Shown here: in pieces, positions 10,157 through 18,804 of the stretch | Position numbering within the stretch: position 1 is the stretch's first letter | How the letters are laid out: each line of letters opens with the position of its first letter | Origin: a virus | DNA: 64,000 bases | Direction: 5' to 3' (one strand) | IMG/VR virus record: IMGVR_UViG_3300023184_000035 | Coordinates: 64,001-128,000 of that record | Notes under the pieces: model-generated | The model's database searches: none | Told to the model about the DNA's origin: nothing | What the model saw: only the letters and a program-made list of their open reading frames with translations | Position numbers and translations under genes: made by a program

Positions 10157-10378
10157 ATGATTAGTGCAGTACTATTTTTAATTGCCTTAGTGGGCTGGGG
10201 GTGGCTGGTGTTTGGAAATCATTTTACATGGGCAGAGCGCCGTAAACAATTATGTAGTATCGGTGAACACTGGTTGACCGGCACGGGAACGATTTGGCAT
10301 AACAAGCACGGCGAGTACTTCACTGGACGGCATTGTTGTGCCTGCGATTATTGGGAAGTCACAAAGGTTGAAGAATGA
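10157..10378 (+). CDS. Small membrane-anchored protein with Cys/His cluster
   Basis: AAGGA RBS; TM helix then C..H..CCAC. Confidence 0.6.
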   Translation: MISAVLFLIALVGWGWLVFGNHFTWAERRKQLCSIGEHWLTGTGTIWHNKHGEYFTGRHCCACDYWEVTKVEE

Positions 10379-10503
10379 AAATGTATAAACACAGCAATGG
10401 TAAAATACATTTCTATCCTGAGCATATTCCCCAAGGATGGGTGGTGTTCCTGGACCCAAGAACATTTGAATCAGTATGGCGTAGGATTCGAGGTAGACAA
10501 TGA
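10375..10503 (+). CDS. Small hypothetical protein (42 aa)
   Basis: MKMYKHSNGKIHFYPEH...VWRRIRGRQ; ATGA overlaps at both ends. Confidence 0.5.
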   Translation: MKMYKHSNGKIHFYPEHIPQGWVVFLDPRTFESVWRRIRGRQ

Positions 10504-10733
10504 CTCCAGAGCAACAGATCAAAGCCGCTGAAGAATGGGCTAGACTCAGAGTAGAAGCTGCCGAAGCTGATCGTGACTATGCACTAGGCTTGGCCAGTGC
10601 CGCACACCTGGAATTGATGCAGGCCATCAAGTATGGATTCAATCCCAAGTCTGCACACAGTACGCTGATCAGCATTGGTAAACTGAGCCCAAGGCTAAAT
10701 CAAATAAGAGAAGCATATGAACGAAAAGTTTAA
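10500..10733 (+). CDS. Hypothetical protein
   Basis: GAGG RBS, operon tiling. Confidence 0.6.
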   Translation: MTPEQQIKAAEEWARLRVEAAEADRDYALGLASAAHLELMQAIKYGFNPKSAHSTLISIGKLSPRLNQIREAYERKV

Positions 10734-10929
10734 GCAACTGGCTCTCGAGGCCAAGATGGCGACTGCTGATTTTGATGCGGGCTCATACTATGTGGCCACA
10801 CCAGACCGCATGCAACTGTTTGCCGAGCTGATTGTGCGAGAATGTGCCCTTGCCGGTTTAGAAACTCACGGTAATTATGATGTTCATGATGACATTTTGA
10901 AACATTTTGGATTTGGAGTTGAAGAATGA
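10717..10929 (+). CDS. Small phage protein (FAELIVREC type)
   Basis: MNEKFKQLA...FAELIVREC...ILKHFG..VEE. Confidence 0.7.
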   Translation: MNEKFKQLALEAKMATADFDAGSYYVATPDRMQLFAELIVRECALAGLETHGNYDVHDDILKHFGFGVEE

Positions 10930-11285
10930 GCAATGAAATCACAACAGAAATGCTGGACCGCAAGATTGCATGGTGTGAGCAAAACGCATTTTGGGGTCGA
11001 GGTTCTGCCATACAGCGTATGCAGGATTTCTACTTTGAAAAGACCCGTGACACAGTGAATGAGCCTTGGCCTGAAAGTTTTACCCTGGACGATCTTGCCA
11101 AAGCATTGAATGTGGAACGTGTGAGTTATAGAATCTACTATAGCCGAGATAATCTTACATTGAGACTGTTTGTGTTCCGTGCCCACTGCACCGAGTCTGA
11201 AGAGCAAAAGATGTTGGCCCTGGGATTTGTACATGCCAAAGACGGCGACACTGAAAATATACCTAACAAGGAACTTGTAGAATGA
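10926..11285 (+). CDS. Hypothetical protein
   Basis: Coupled ORF. Confidence 0.65.
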   Translation: MSNEITTEMLDRKIAWCEQNAFWGRGSAIQRMQDFYFEKTRDTVNEPWPESFTLDDLAKALNVERVSYRIYYSRDNLTLRLFVFRAHCTESEEQKMLALGFVHAKDGDTENIPNKELVE

Positions 11286-12007
11286 AAATTTACATCAGCG
11301 GATATCGAGATCATTGGATCTCACCTTACACCATGTTGGACTATGTGTTCTTCTGGACTGACTGGTCCAAGTGTTCTCGTTGGACTACGGAACAAGCACT
11401 TGAAGATTATCGCCGAGAAAAATCCCAGTTTGTGGAACGTCCTGACTGGTGTGAAACATGGAGTGACCGTCTTACACCCGTCAGTCAGGCCATCATGTGG
11501 GTGCTGGATCGTGTGCATCCAGCCATCAACTACATCAAGATTGACCGCTACGATACCTGGAGCATGGATTCGACCTTGAGTCCCATTATCCTGCCCATGC
11601 TGAAACAACTGAAAGAAAAAAAGCATGGCGCACCGTTTGTGGATGACGAAGATGTGCCCGAACACCTGCGTAGCACCGCCGCCCCGCCCAAAGAAAACGA
11701 ATATGATACTGATGATCACCACTTTGCACGTTGGGACTGGGTCATGGATGAAATGATCTTTGCATTTGAGTGCAAGGTAGATAACTCATGGGAAGATGCT
11801 TTCCGTGAAGGTGAACATGACCTACTTTGGATACCAGTAGACAAAGACGGCAATGAAGTGCCCAAAGGTGAACACAAGTATTATCAAATGGGCAAAGGTC
11901 CCAAAGACACCTACAAGTGCGATTACGAAGGCATGAAAGTGGTACAAGCACGTATCAGCAATGGTTTCCGACTGTTTGGCAAGTACTACGAAGGCCTGTG
12001 GGACTGA
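11282..12007 (+). CDS. Hypothetical phage protein
   Basis: KIDRYDTWSMD...WDWVMDEMIFAF...GFRLFGKYYEGLWD. Confidence 0.75.
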   Translation: MKIYISGYRDHWISPYTMLDYVFFWTDWSKCSRWTTEQALEDYRREKSQFVERPDWCETWSDRLTPVSQAIMWVLDRVHPAINYIKIDRYDTWSMDSTLSPIILPMLKQLKEKKHGAPFVDDEDVPEHLRSTAAPPKENEYDTDDHHFARWDWVMDEMIFAFECKVDNSWEDAFREGEHDLLWIPVDKDGNEVPKGEHKYYQMGKGPKDTYKCDYEGMKVVQARISNGFRLFGKYYEGLWD

Positions 12008-12282
12008 TGTTCGGCACCAACTACAACGATCACAGAGCGGCTGCTGGATTTGCTGAAAAGAGTCAACGGGAAGCTGATGCATTCTTTTATTACAAAGCCG
12101 CCTGGACCCTACAGTTTGCATGGAGGCCACATCGTTGTGAACTTACCAAGAAAATTATTTGGTTGCAGTCGGCCTATCAAGGCTGTGCCAGTTACGGTGA
12201 TCCGAGTGAAGCAGTATATGAATATCGTTGGCATGATCGCCATGAACATTTGATTTGGGTATTAAAAGGACCATATGGGTGA
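12007..12282 (+). CDS. Hypothetical protein
   Basis: FAWRPHRC...IWL motif; TGATG coupling. Confidence 0.6.
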   Translation: MFGTNYNDHRAAAGFAEKSQREADAFFYYKAAWTLQFAWRPHRCELTKKIIWLQSAYQGCASYGDPSEAVYEYRWHDRHEHLIWVLKGPYG

Positions 12283-12529
12283 TACAGCATTTGAAAATAT
12301 GATGTCGGATTTGATGGACAGGGATGCCAGAGTGGAACGACAACACAGTATTTCTGAAACAGATTATCATATGTGGCAGAGAGCATTTACATTTGAAGGT
12401 ATCAAGGGTCAACGATACGGACAGAGTTTTTGCAATCATTTTGACATCACAGACTATGTGCTGTTTTACAAAATAGATTGGGAAAGTGCTGACCAACACA
12501 TAAGGACAGTGTATCTTGACCAGTGCTGA
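12275..12529 (+). CDS. Hypothetical protein
   Basis: AAGGA RBS; GQRYGQSFCNHF. Confidence 0.65.
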   Translation: MGDTAFENMMSDLMDRDARVERQHSISETDYHMWQRAFTFEGIKGQRYGQSFCNHFDITDYVLFYKIDWESADQHIRTVYLDQC

Positions 12530-12743
12530 TCACCCACATGGCCTGACACTAGATTGGGTACCGACAGATATCATAGAACTGTGGAACCAGCGCATGGCCC
12601 GAGTAGTAGAACTGTTTGGCTTGCCTGGTGATAGATATGTCACAGACATCAATGTAAATGAAATGACCTTTTGGTTCCGCGACGCCAACGATGCACTGCT
12701 GTTTAGATTGTGCCATGGAAACAGTAGACTACGTACGGCTTAA
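12516..12743 (+). CDS. Small F-x-F...F-x-L family protein
   Basis: TFWFRDANDALLFRL. Confidence 0.6.
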   Translation: MTSADHPHGLTLDWVPTDIIELWNQRMARVVELFGLPGDRYVTDINVNEMTFWFRDANDALLFRLCHGNSRLRTA

Positions 12744-12942
12744 TTGTGGTTCTCAACAGGCCTTGGCCTACAAGCATCAGTTGGATATTGACGGACTCAT
12801 AGTCAACCAAGACTATACCTGGCGATATCAAAAACCTGTGTACGATGAGTTTGCCTGGACTGATTCGGAAGTCAGCAATGTCACATTCACATTCCGAAAT
12901 CCCATGTTGGCCACATTCTATCAGTTAAAGTGGTGTCGGTAA
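12715..12942 (+). CDS. Small LRW-family protein
   Basis: TFTFRNPMLATFYQLKW. Confidence 0.6.
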   Translation: METVDYVRLNCGSQQALAYKHQLDIDGLIVNQDYTWRYQKPVYDEFAWTDSEVSNVTFTFRNPMLATFYQLKWCR

Positions 12943-12949
12943 ATATCCC

Positions 12950-13741
12950 ATGCGATATTTACTATTGACCCTGCTATTCACAGCAACCACAGCACTAGCA
13001 CGTGAGCCCAGTGTTTACGTATACAACGAAACCTCAGATCAAATTGAATACCAACGCAACTCAACAGAGTATCGGCCCATTGCCAGCATCACCAAGTTGA
13101 TGACAGCCATGGTGGCCCTGGACCACAGCAAAGACCTGTTTCGTCAGCTGCCACTCAACACCACTGTCAAAAGCAACTTGCCACGTGGCACATACACACG
13201 CCAAGAACTGTTTACGGCCATGCTGGTGCGAAGTGACAATGCAGCCGCAGAAACCTTGGCTGGGGACTATCCCGGTGGTAGGAAAGAGTTCGTTTGGCGC
13301 ATGAATCAACAGGCCAAGGAGTGGGGCATCAATGCTGTATTCCGTGACCCCACTGGCTTGGACGCACACAACATGGCCACTGCTGGCGATGTGGGCACCA
13401 TGGCTGGGTATGCCGCGGGCTACTGGGTCATACGTGATGCTAGTGTTAAAAAGACTGTGGCCTTTGAACGCAAATTCAAGAAGCGACTACGCACAATACA
13501 ACTCAACAACACCAATAGACCCATACTAATGGAGTTTGATGAAATCATTGCGTCAAAAACTGGTTTCACCAATCCAGCAGGATACTGTGTTGCCCTGGTG
13601 GTAGAACATCAAAAACAACGGCGAGTAATTGTGGTTCTGGGTGAGCGCAACAAATCACGCAGAATAGACACTGTGCAGGACATCATGTACAATCATGTGC
13701 TGGATCAAAATTTGCAGGATCCAAGTTATATCAATAATTAA
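12950..13741 (+). CDS. D-Ala-D-Ala carboxy/endopeptidase (peptidase S11, PBP7-like)
   Basis: Signal peptide; SITK (SxxK), SDN (SxN), KTG. Confidence 0.92.
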   Translation: MRYLLLTLLFTATTALAREPSVYVYNETSDQIEYQRNSTEYRPIASITKLMTAMVALDHSKDLFRQLPLNTTVKSNLPRGTYTRQELFTAMLVRSDNAAAETLAGDYPGGRKEFVWRMNQQAKEWGINAVFRDPTGLDAHNMATAGDVGTMAGYAAGYWVIRDASVKKTVAFERKFKKRLRTIQLNNTNRPILMEFDEIIASKTGFTNPAGYCVALVVEHQKQRRVIVVLGERNKSRRIDTVQDIMYNHVLDQNLQDPSYINN

Positions 13742-13746
13742 AGTTA

Positions 13747-13980
13747 ATGCAACTGTTAACTCAAGGCACCATACGTCTCAGCGCAAGTTTCACTCACGCA
13801 CAAGAAATTGCCCGACCTTTTGGCCAAATTGATCGAATCATAGAGTGGTGCAAGACCGAACTCATTGGCGACTGGCGCTGGCAAGTGGTCACAACCAGCA
13901 GTGACCGTGCCCCGGGACGCTACATTTTCTACTTTGACTCAGACCGTGACGCTGCCGCGTTTGCACTGTTCTGGTCCTAA
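13747..13980 (+). CDS. Small LRW-family protein
   Basis: IEWC...YIFYFDSDRDAAAFALFWS. Confidence 0.65.
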   Translation: MQLLTQGTIRLSASFTHAQEIARPFGQIDRIIEWCKTELIGDWRWQVVTTSSDRAPGRYIFYFDSDRDAAAFALFWS

Positions 13981-14053
13981 AACCAATACTTTTTACTGCT
14001 TGACTGAATATTCCTGATCTGTTAAACTACAGGCATACGTTAGGAGTTGAAGA

Positions 14054-14323
14054 ATGAAAGTGATCAAACTCAATCGGCGATTCAAAGTACACAAGGCACG
14101 AGGTCATGAAGTGGCTGTGAAGTTTGTCAGCTATTTTGAGGCCAGAGAGTTGGAACTGGTGTGCCGGGCTCGACTGGGCGAAAACTTCATATGGAACCCA
14201 GAAGGCACCTGGTACGGGTGGTATGGAAAGAAACGCTACGGTCACTATGCCCCACCATATTTCATCTCATTTCAGAAACAATCAGACTTGACTTTTGCGT
14301 TGATGTGCTTGACCAATAAATGA
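14054..14323 (+). CDS. Hypothetical protein, possible LRW-family relative
   Basis: AGGAG RBS; promoter TTGACT-17-TAAACT at 14000. Confidence 0.65.
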   Translation: MKVIKLNRRFKVHKARGHEVAVKFVSYFEARELELVCRARLGENFIWNPEGTWYGWYGKKRYGHYAPPYFISFQKQSDLTFALMCLTNK

Positions 14324-14337
14324 ATCTACTGTATAAT
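14309..14337 (+). promoter_or_regulatory. Early sigma70-type promoter
   Basis: TTGACC-17-TATAAT. Confidence 0.8.
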
Positions 14338-14364
14338 AGCGGTATTGTATTGCAAAGGATTGAA

Positions 14365-14601
14365 ATGAATGACTGGGACCGTAATAACCTGCATTTTATT
14401 CTGGATAGTGATGAGGCTACCCTAGAGGATTTTTATTCCTGGGCCACAGAAGATGACCTGGCCTATGCCCTGAGTCTTGTGCGTGAAGCCAAAACAGAAC
14501 TGCTGTTGCAAGAAGCCGACATCTTGGATGAAATGTTGATCGCGGCCACAGAGGATGATGTGTCAGAAGCCAGCGCCATGTTAAAGCAATTTCAACTATG
14601 A
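14365..14601 (+). CDS. Acidic hypothetical protein
   Basis: AAGGA RBS before ATG 14365. Confidence 0.65.
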   Translation: MNDWDRNNLHFILDSDEATLEDFYSWATEDDLAYALSLVREAKTELLLQEADILDEMLIAATEDDVSEASAMLKQFQL

Positions 14602-14930
14602 GTCATCAGTTTTTGATCATGTGGTGCAATGAAGGTCTTGAGTGTTGCATAGATGTCACAGAAGACCAACAACAACGCATGTGGGAACGGCTCAAAGGTC
14701 AGCCACTTCGTGAGACTGCTATTCCCAACTACAATCATTTGTTGCTACGTGCTAGAGTCAATAGCCAACGCCACTATGAGGTCTATACTTGTGAGGCCAC
14801 AGATGGCATCACTGCTGAGGATATCAAGGAAATGTTCGAAGCCAGCCCGCAGACTGCGGCTGACACAATTCGACGCCTGGGACACTGTTTGCACAGTGAC
14901 CGGGCCACAAACAAGGTGTTGATCACCTGA
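14598..14930 (+). CDS. Hypothetical protein
   Basis: MWCNEGLE...RARVNSQRHYEVY. Confidence 0.7.
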   Translation: MSHQFLIMWCNEGLECCIDVTEDQQQRMWERLKGQPLRETAIPNYNHLLLRARVNSQRHYEVYTCEATDGITAEDIKEMFEASPQTAADTIRRLGHCLHSDRATNKVLIT

Positions 14931-14938
14931 AAGAACGT

Positions 14939-15126
14939 TCCGCTTGGTTCGCGGATACTGTGACCCGCAGGATGAGAAGTGAGGTGACTCTCAAGGGTGG
15001 TACCACTCCTACCGAAGTGGCGCTGGCAATGCGAGAACGGACCCTGTCGGGAAGCGGGTGGAAGGTGTGTGAGATTTGCGGGGCAACCCAAGAGATGATA
15101 CACTAAATTACCGCCGGGGGTCGCAG
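14939..15126 (+). ncRNA. Putative structured non-coding RNA
   Basis: GC-rich intergenic; closing helix ctgtgaccc/gggtcgcag, nested stems, GNRA loops, G-U pairs. Confidence 0.65.
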
Positions 15127-15228
15127 AGCATTTTGAAAAAACATATGGTTGACATACAATTAAAAATGTATTAAACTATAAGCATGTTGGTAACAACATA
15201 CATCAATCTTTTTTTAAGGAAATAAACT

Positions 15229-15441
15229 ATGTCAGATAAAAATTATGTTATTGTTGCACGTATCAAAGGCACACGTCAACACGTAACTTCCTTCTCTAAT
15301 AATGTCAACCAGCGTATCAAACGCCTAAAAGATGACATTCTCAAACAACAGGACGAGCGGTTTAGCATTTTTAAAAATGTTGATAGCAACATGATTGAAT
15401 TTGTGGTTGCACCTGTATCACGTTCTATTGAATGGGCTTAA
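15229..15441 (+). CDS. Small hypothetical protein
   Basis: Promoter TTGACA-17-TAAACT at 15149; AAGGA RBS. Confidence 0.6.
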   Translation: MSDKNYVIVARIKGTRQHVTSFSNNVNQRIKRLKDDILKQQDERFSIFKNVDSNMIEFVVAPVSRSIEWA

Positions 15442-15442
15442 C

Positions 15443-16201
15443 ATGACTAAAACAAACCACCGCGCTCTCGATGTTGAGCTTCAGCGACAACGTTACGGCG
15501 AAAACTCCGAACTGCTTAAAGGATTAGGATACAACACTGATGTCATGAACATCAAACGCATGTCCAAGGACCTAGCAACACAAGACACTTGGCGTTACAT
15601 GCAATCCAAGGATCTTGAAGATCTCAAAGACTGCATCACTGACTATGATTTGTATGAGTGGGCAGTCGGCACACAACTCAACAACAGTGGACTTGTTCTT
15701 GAGTTTGGCACTGCTACGGGCCGTACTCTAAATCAGTTTGCGCATTGGTTGCCGCACAACACCATCTATGGTTTTGACAGCTGGCAAGGGTTGCCAGAAA
15801 AGTTTAACGATTTGCCTGCTGGACACTTTGCACAAGAATTGCCCGAGGTGTTGCCAAACTGCAAACTAATACAAGGTTGGTTTGGTGCAAGACCCGCACA
15901 AGATCAATCCAGTATTCCAGAATTTACTGCGCAAACCTTTGCAAATGAACACAAGGAACCCATTGCATTGTTGCACTTGGATGCTGACTTGTATTCCAGT
16001 ACCAAGACAGTGCTGGATGTGTTTGCAAAACAAATTGTGCCAGGAACTGTGATTTTGTTTAACGAGTATTGGAATCATCCAACTTGGCTCAAACATGAAT
16101 ACAAAGCCTGGCAAGAGCATGTAAAAACTTTTGGACGTGATTACGAATATATTGGATATGCTAGTGATCATCAAGAAGTGGCAATTCGAGTAACCAAGTA
16201 G
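15443..16201 (+). CDS. Class I SAM-dependent methyltransferase, TylF/MycF-like
   Basis: LEFGTATG, GFDSWQGLP, GWF, HLDADLYSST, FNEY. Confidence 0.85.
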   Translation: MTKTNHRALDVELQRQRYGENSELLKGLGYNTDVMNIKRMSKDLATQDTWRYMQSKDLEDLKDCITDYDLYEWAVGTQLNNSGLVLEFGTATGRTLNQFAHWLPHNTIYGFDSWQGLPEKFNDLPAGHFAQELPEVLPNCKLIQGWFGARPAQDQSSIPEFTAQTFANEHKEPIALLHLDADLYSSTKTVLDVFAKQIVPGTVILFNEYWNHPTWLKHEYKAWQEHVKTFGRDYEYIGYASDHQEVAIRVTK

Positions 16202-16230
16202 TCGACCAATAAACACATTTGTCGTATACT
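16202..16230 (+). promoter_or_regulatory. Sigma70-type promoter of the three-gene cassette
   Basis: TCGACC-17-TATACT. Confidence 0.65.
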
Positions 16231-16326
16231 TGTTTCAAGCTAGGAAACTAGCTCAACGCTGACAATAAAAATAACGCAGTGACATAGGGTTGCTGTGTTA
16301 TATTTGTCACCAACAAGGAGTCTCTA

Positions 16327-17532
16327 ATGGCAACAGCCACACCTACCTACGCGGCACTGCGCAACGCAAAATACCGCAACACTTCCAGTCACTTTGTGGA
16401 CCTGGTACAACGTCTAAACGACACCATCAACAACCTTCCCAAGCGAGCTCAAACCAATTGGACTAGCAGTCTCAAGAAAGCCATTCAGTCGTTCAAGAAA
16501 AGTTATCCCAACGTAAAAAACTTCAGCGATCGCAAACTGTTTCGCTTGTGCAAAGCCTACGACATTCCACTCATGGACATCATGGTCGATACCACCATGC
16601 AACGTGAGCCGGACTTGCAGTGGATTTTGAAGATCATCACCAACTTCCGTGCCTATCAAGCACAACCCATGCAGGTGTTTGCCACAGCAGATGGTAAATG
16701 GGGTGCCTGGGATAGCCAGCACACTGCCCTGGCCATGTATTTGATTGCAGAACACGCACTGGGCTTGGACTTGACCACTGTCATGGTTCCAGCTAACATT
16801 TACGATGTCACCAGTCGTGCGGACCTGCGCAACTTGTTCATCAACATGAACACCACTACAGGCAAGAACGCTGGTAAAAAGCCCTTGGACATCATTGACA
16901 TCTATGAGCAAATGATCTATGGTGTTGAGGTAGATGGCGTTACTGAACAAGACTGGGTGGATGCGCACACCAAATGGCAACACCTGGCAGCAGGTGGCAT
17001 GTTTGTCACTGCGGAAAAGTTCAACAACACAGATGAAACCGGGGCAATCAGTCGTCTCAATGAGATCATGGACTCCAGTCCAGAAGTGGTGCGCCAATTT
17101 GCCGTGTACGGCAAATATGTGGTTGAGTCTCAAGACACAGTAAAAAATCCTCGCAGTATCAACAGCAAGGAAATTCCCATTATACTTGAGTTTTTGAATT
17201 TGTGTGAACAAAATCAAATCCGATACAGTGATGCAGTGATTGAAGATCTTGCACGACATTGCATTGACTTGTTTGACGCCAATTTTGACGCCAAAGGACC
17301 TTACTGGATTCAAGTACATGACGCCAACGTCAACGCCTACAACAAGGCTCACAAAGGTATCCCCAAGCACATGTGGCCTGAGGCTCCTCGCAATGCCAAG
17401 AACACACCGCAAGGCACTGCATTCTTTTGGCATCAGCTCATGAAGAGCTGGGTGCCCAATCAAGCTGCCGGCTTTAAGTTTCCCAAACAACCATTCAGTG
17501 TGTATACACCTGACGTCAAGGACCTTTACTAA
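16327..17532 (+). CDS. ParB/Srx-superfamily (DGQHR/DUF262-like) protein
   Basis: VDTTMQR...P...WDSQHT corresponds to the QR and DGQHR motifs; AAGGAG RBS. Confidence 0.65.
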   Translation: MATATPTYAALRNAKYRNTSSHFVDLVQRLNDTINNLPKRAQTNWTSSLKKAIQSFKKSYPNVKNFSDRKLFRLCKAYDIPLMDIMVDTTMQREPDLQWILKIITNFRAYQAQPMQVFATADGKWGAWDSQHTALAMYLIAEHALGLDLTTVMVPANIYDVTSRADLRNLFINMNTTTGKNAGKKPLDIIDIYEQMIYGVEVDGVTEQDWVDAHTKWQHLAAGGMFVTAEKFNNTDETGAISRLNEIMDSSPEVVRQFAVYGKYVVESQDTVKNPRSINSKEIPIILEFLNLCEQNQIRYSDAVIEDLARHCIDLFDANFDAKGPYWIQVHDANVNAYNKAHKGIPKHMWPEAPRNAKNTPQGTAFFWHQLMKSWVPNQAAGFKFPKQPFSVYTPDVKDLY

Positions 17533-18053
17533 TGAGCCACTTTTTATACATTCACCCCTGCATGGCTGGTACTCCCAATGTATGGAAAGTTGGTGTTACA
17601 AAAACACCTTACTCAGCAGTGCGTGGTCGTCAAAAGTACACCTGGACCAAGTTCGGTCTGACTGATTTGTACTTTGGTGATCCAGTTGACATAGCTAGAT
17701 TGGAACAAAGAGTCAAGAAAGAATTCAAACACTTGTCAGGCAAAGTACTTCAAGGCTATGGTATGGAACTGTTTCAAATTGACAAAAAAATATTGAAACA
17801 ATCAATCGCGTCCCATATTGAACGTGGTAGTTTGCGTGTGAAACAGTTTGCTCTCAAAGAGCCTTACACTGCGTCCAGTAGTGGGCATTGCCCTTTTGGG
17901 ATTCCTGGTGAGAGTGAAGCTGACCAATGGTTGCATGAGAAATTTGTGAAAATGTTTAAATCTCATCCAACTGGTCAAGTCATAAAAAAACGTGTATTTG
18001 CACGAAACATGTTCCCTGAATTATATGAATACAACTCTTTTAGAACGTCGTGA
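17532..18053 (+). CDS. GIY-YIG (T5orf172-like) nuclease domain protein
   Basis: FLYI...WKVGVT..P..R...LE...ELF. Confidence 0.6.
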   Translation: MSHFLYIHPCMAGTPNVWKVGVTKTPYSAVRGRQKYTWTKFGLTDLYFGDPVDIARLEQRVKKEFKHLSGKVLQGYGMELFQIDKKILKQSIASHIERGSLRVKQFALKEPYTASSSGHCPFGIPGESEADQWLHEKFVKMFKSHPTGQVIKKRVFARNMFPELYEYNSFRTS

Positions 18054-18585
18054 AGGCATTGCACAATTTGTGCAGACCAAGTACACCAACGTGGTACGCA
18101 ATGGGCTCAGTTACGACCAAACACGCGAGTGGGCGCACGCCGGTATCACTCGCTGTTTGGCTGAAATCAAGGCACTGCCCGCGCAAGACCAAGCCGCACG
18201 TCTCAAGCGCGATGAGCTGGAAAGCTATTTGCTTCGATACCACATCTACTGCATCAAACAAAACATTGGAGCACATTACCGTGAGGTTGGTGCTGCCAAA
18301 AAAGACTGTGACTTTGAGCATGTGATTCCCAAAGCAGTGGCACGTGAGCTTATGATCTATGATTTGATGACTGTGGATGAAGCATTGAACTTGCCAACTT
18401 GTCTGTTGCGAACAAAGAACCATGTCAAACTCAACAAAAAATCTGCCAGTACCACTCCAGACATTTGGGATTTTTGGGCTCGGTATCGTAACACGCTCAA
18501 GATCAAAATTGAAACACATGATGGCACCCCAGTGGACATGACAACATGGAATCTTGAAACGCATTATGAATATTTCAAAGGATAA
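18025..18585 (+). CDS. HNH-like (His-Me finger) protein
   Basis: DFEHVIP...LNLPTCLL..NH..LN. Confidence 0.55.
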   Translation: MNTTLLERREGIAQFVQTKYTNVVRNGLSYDQTREWAHAGITRCLAEIKALPAQDQAARLKRDELESYLLRYHIYCIKQNIGAHYREVGAAKKDCDFEHVIPKAVARELMIYDLMTVDEALNLPTCLLRTKNHVKLNKKSASTTPDIWDFWARYRNTLKIKIETHDGTPVDMTTWNLETHYEYFKG

Positions 18586-18590
18586 CTCCT

Positions 18591-18782
18591 GTGCAAAAAT
18601 CAGACATTGAACAACGCATGACCAAGCTCATGGCTCCTGTGGACCAGCAGATCATGATGTGTGATGACCGAGAAGACCTGCTCATGATGGCCTGTGCTAT
18701 GTTGCAACGTGTGGACGAAATATTCACAAAAGAGCTTGGTGAACGCGGGCGAGAACAAATGTTCCGGGAACAATTAAAGTAA
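18591..18782 (+). CDS. Hypothetical protein
   Basis: AAGGA RBS, GTG start. Confidence 0.65.
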   Translation: MQKSDIEQRMTKLMAPVDQQIMMCDDREDLLMMACAMLQRVDEIFTKELGERGREQMFREQLK

Positions 18783-18796
18783 TACTCAAGTATTAC
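18779..18796. promoter_or_regulatory. Palindromic putative operator GTAATACT-CA-AGTATTAC
   Basis: Perfect 8-bp inverted repeat; variants at 19354, 27285 and 4915. Confidence 0.45.
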
Positions 18797-18804
18797 CTTT
18801 TGTA

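Noticed and set aside
14939-15126. tRNA, tmRNA or hammerhead identity for the structured RNA
   Set aside because: No T-loop/CCA cloverleaf and no CUGAUGA/GAAA core
15229-15441. Mini GIY-YIG nuclease
   Set aside because: Only a faint NNVNQRI resemblance; the key Tyr/Gly/Glu residues are missing
16414-17490. 358-aa antisense ORF
   Set aside because: Lies fully opposite the well-supported 401-aa gene and shows no motifs
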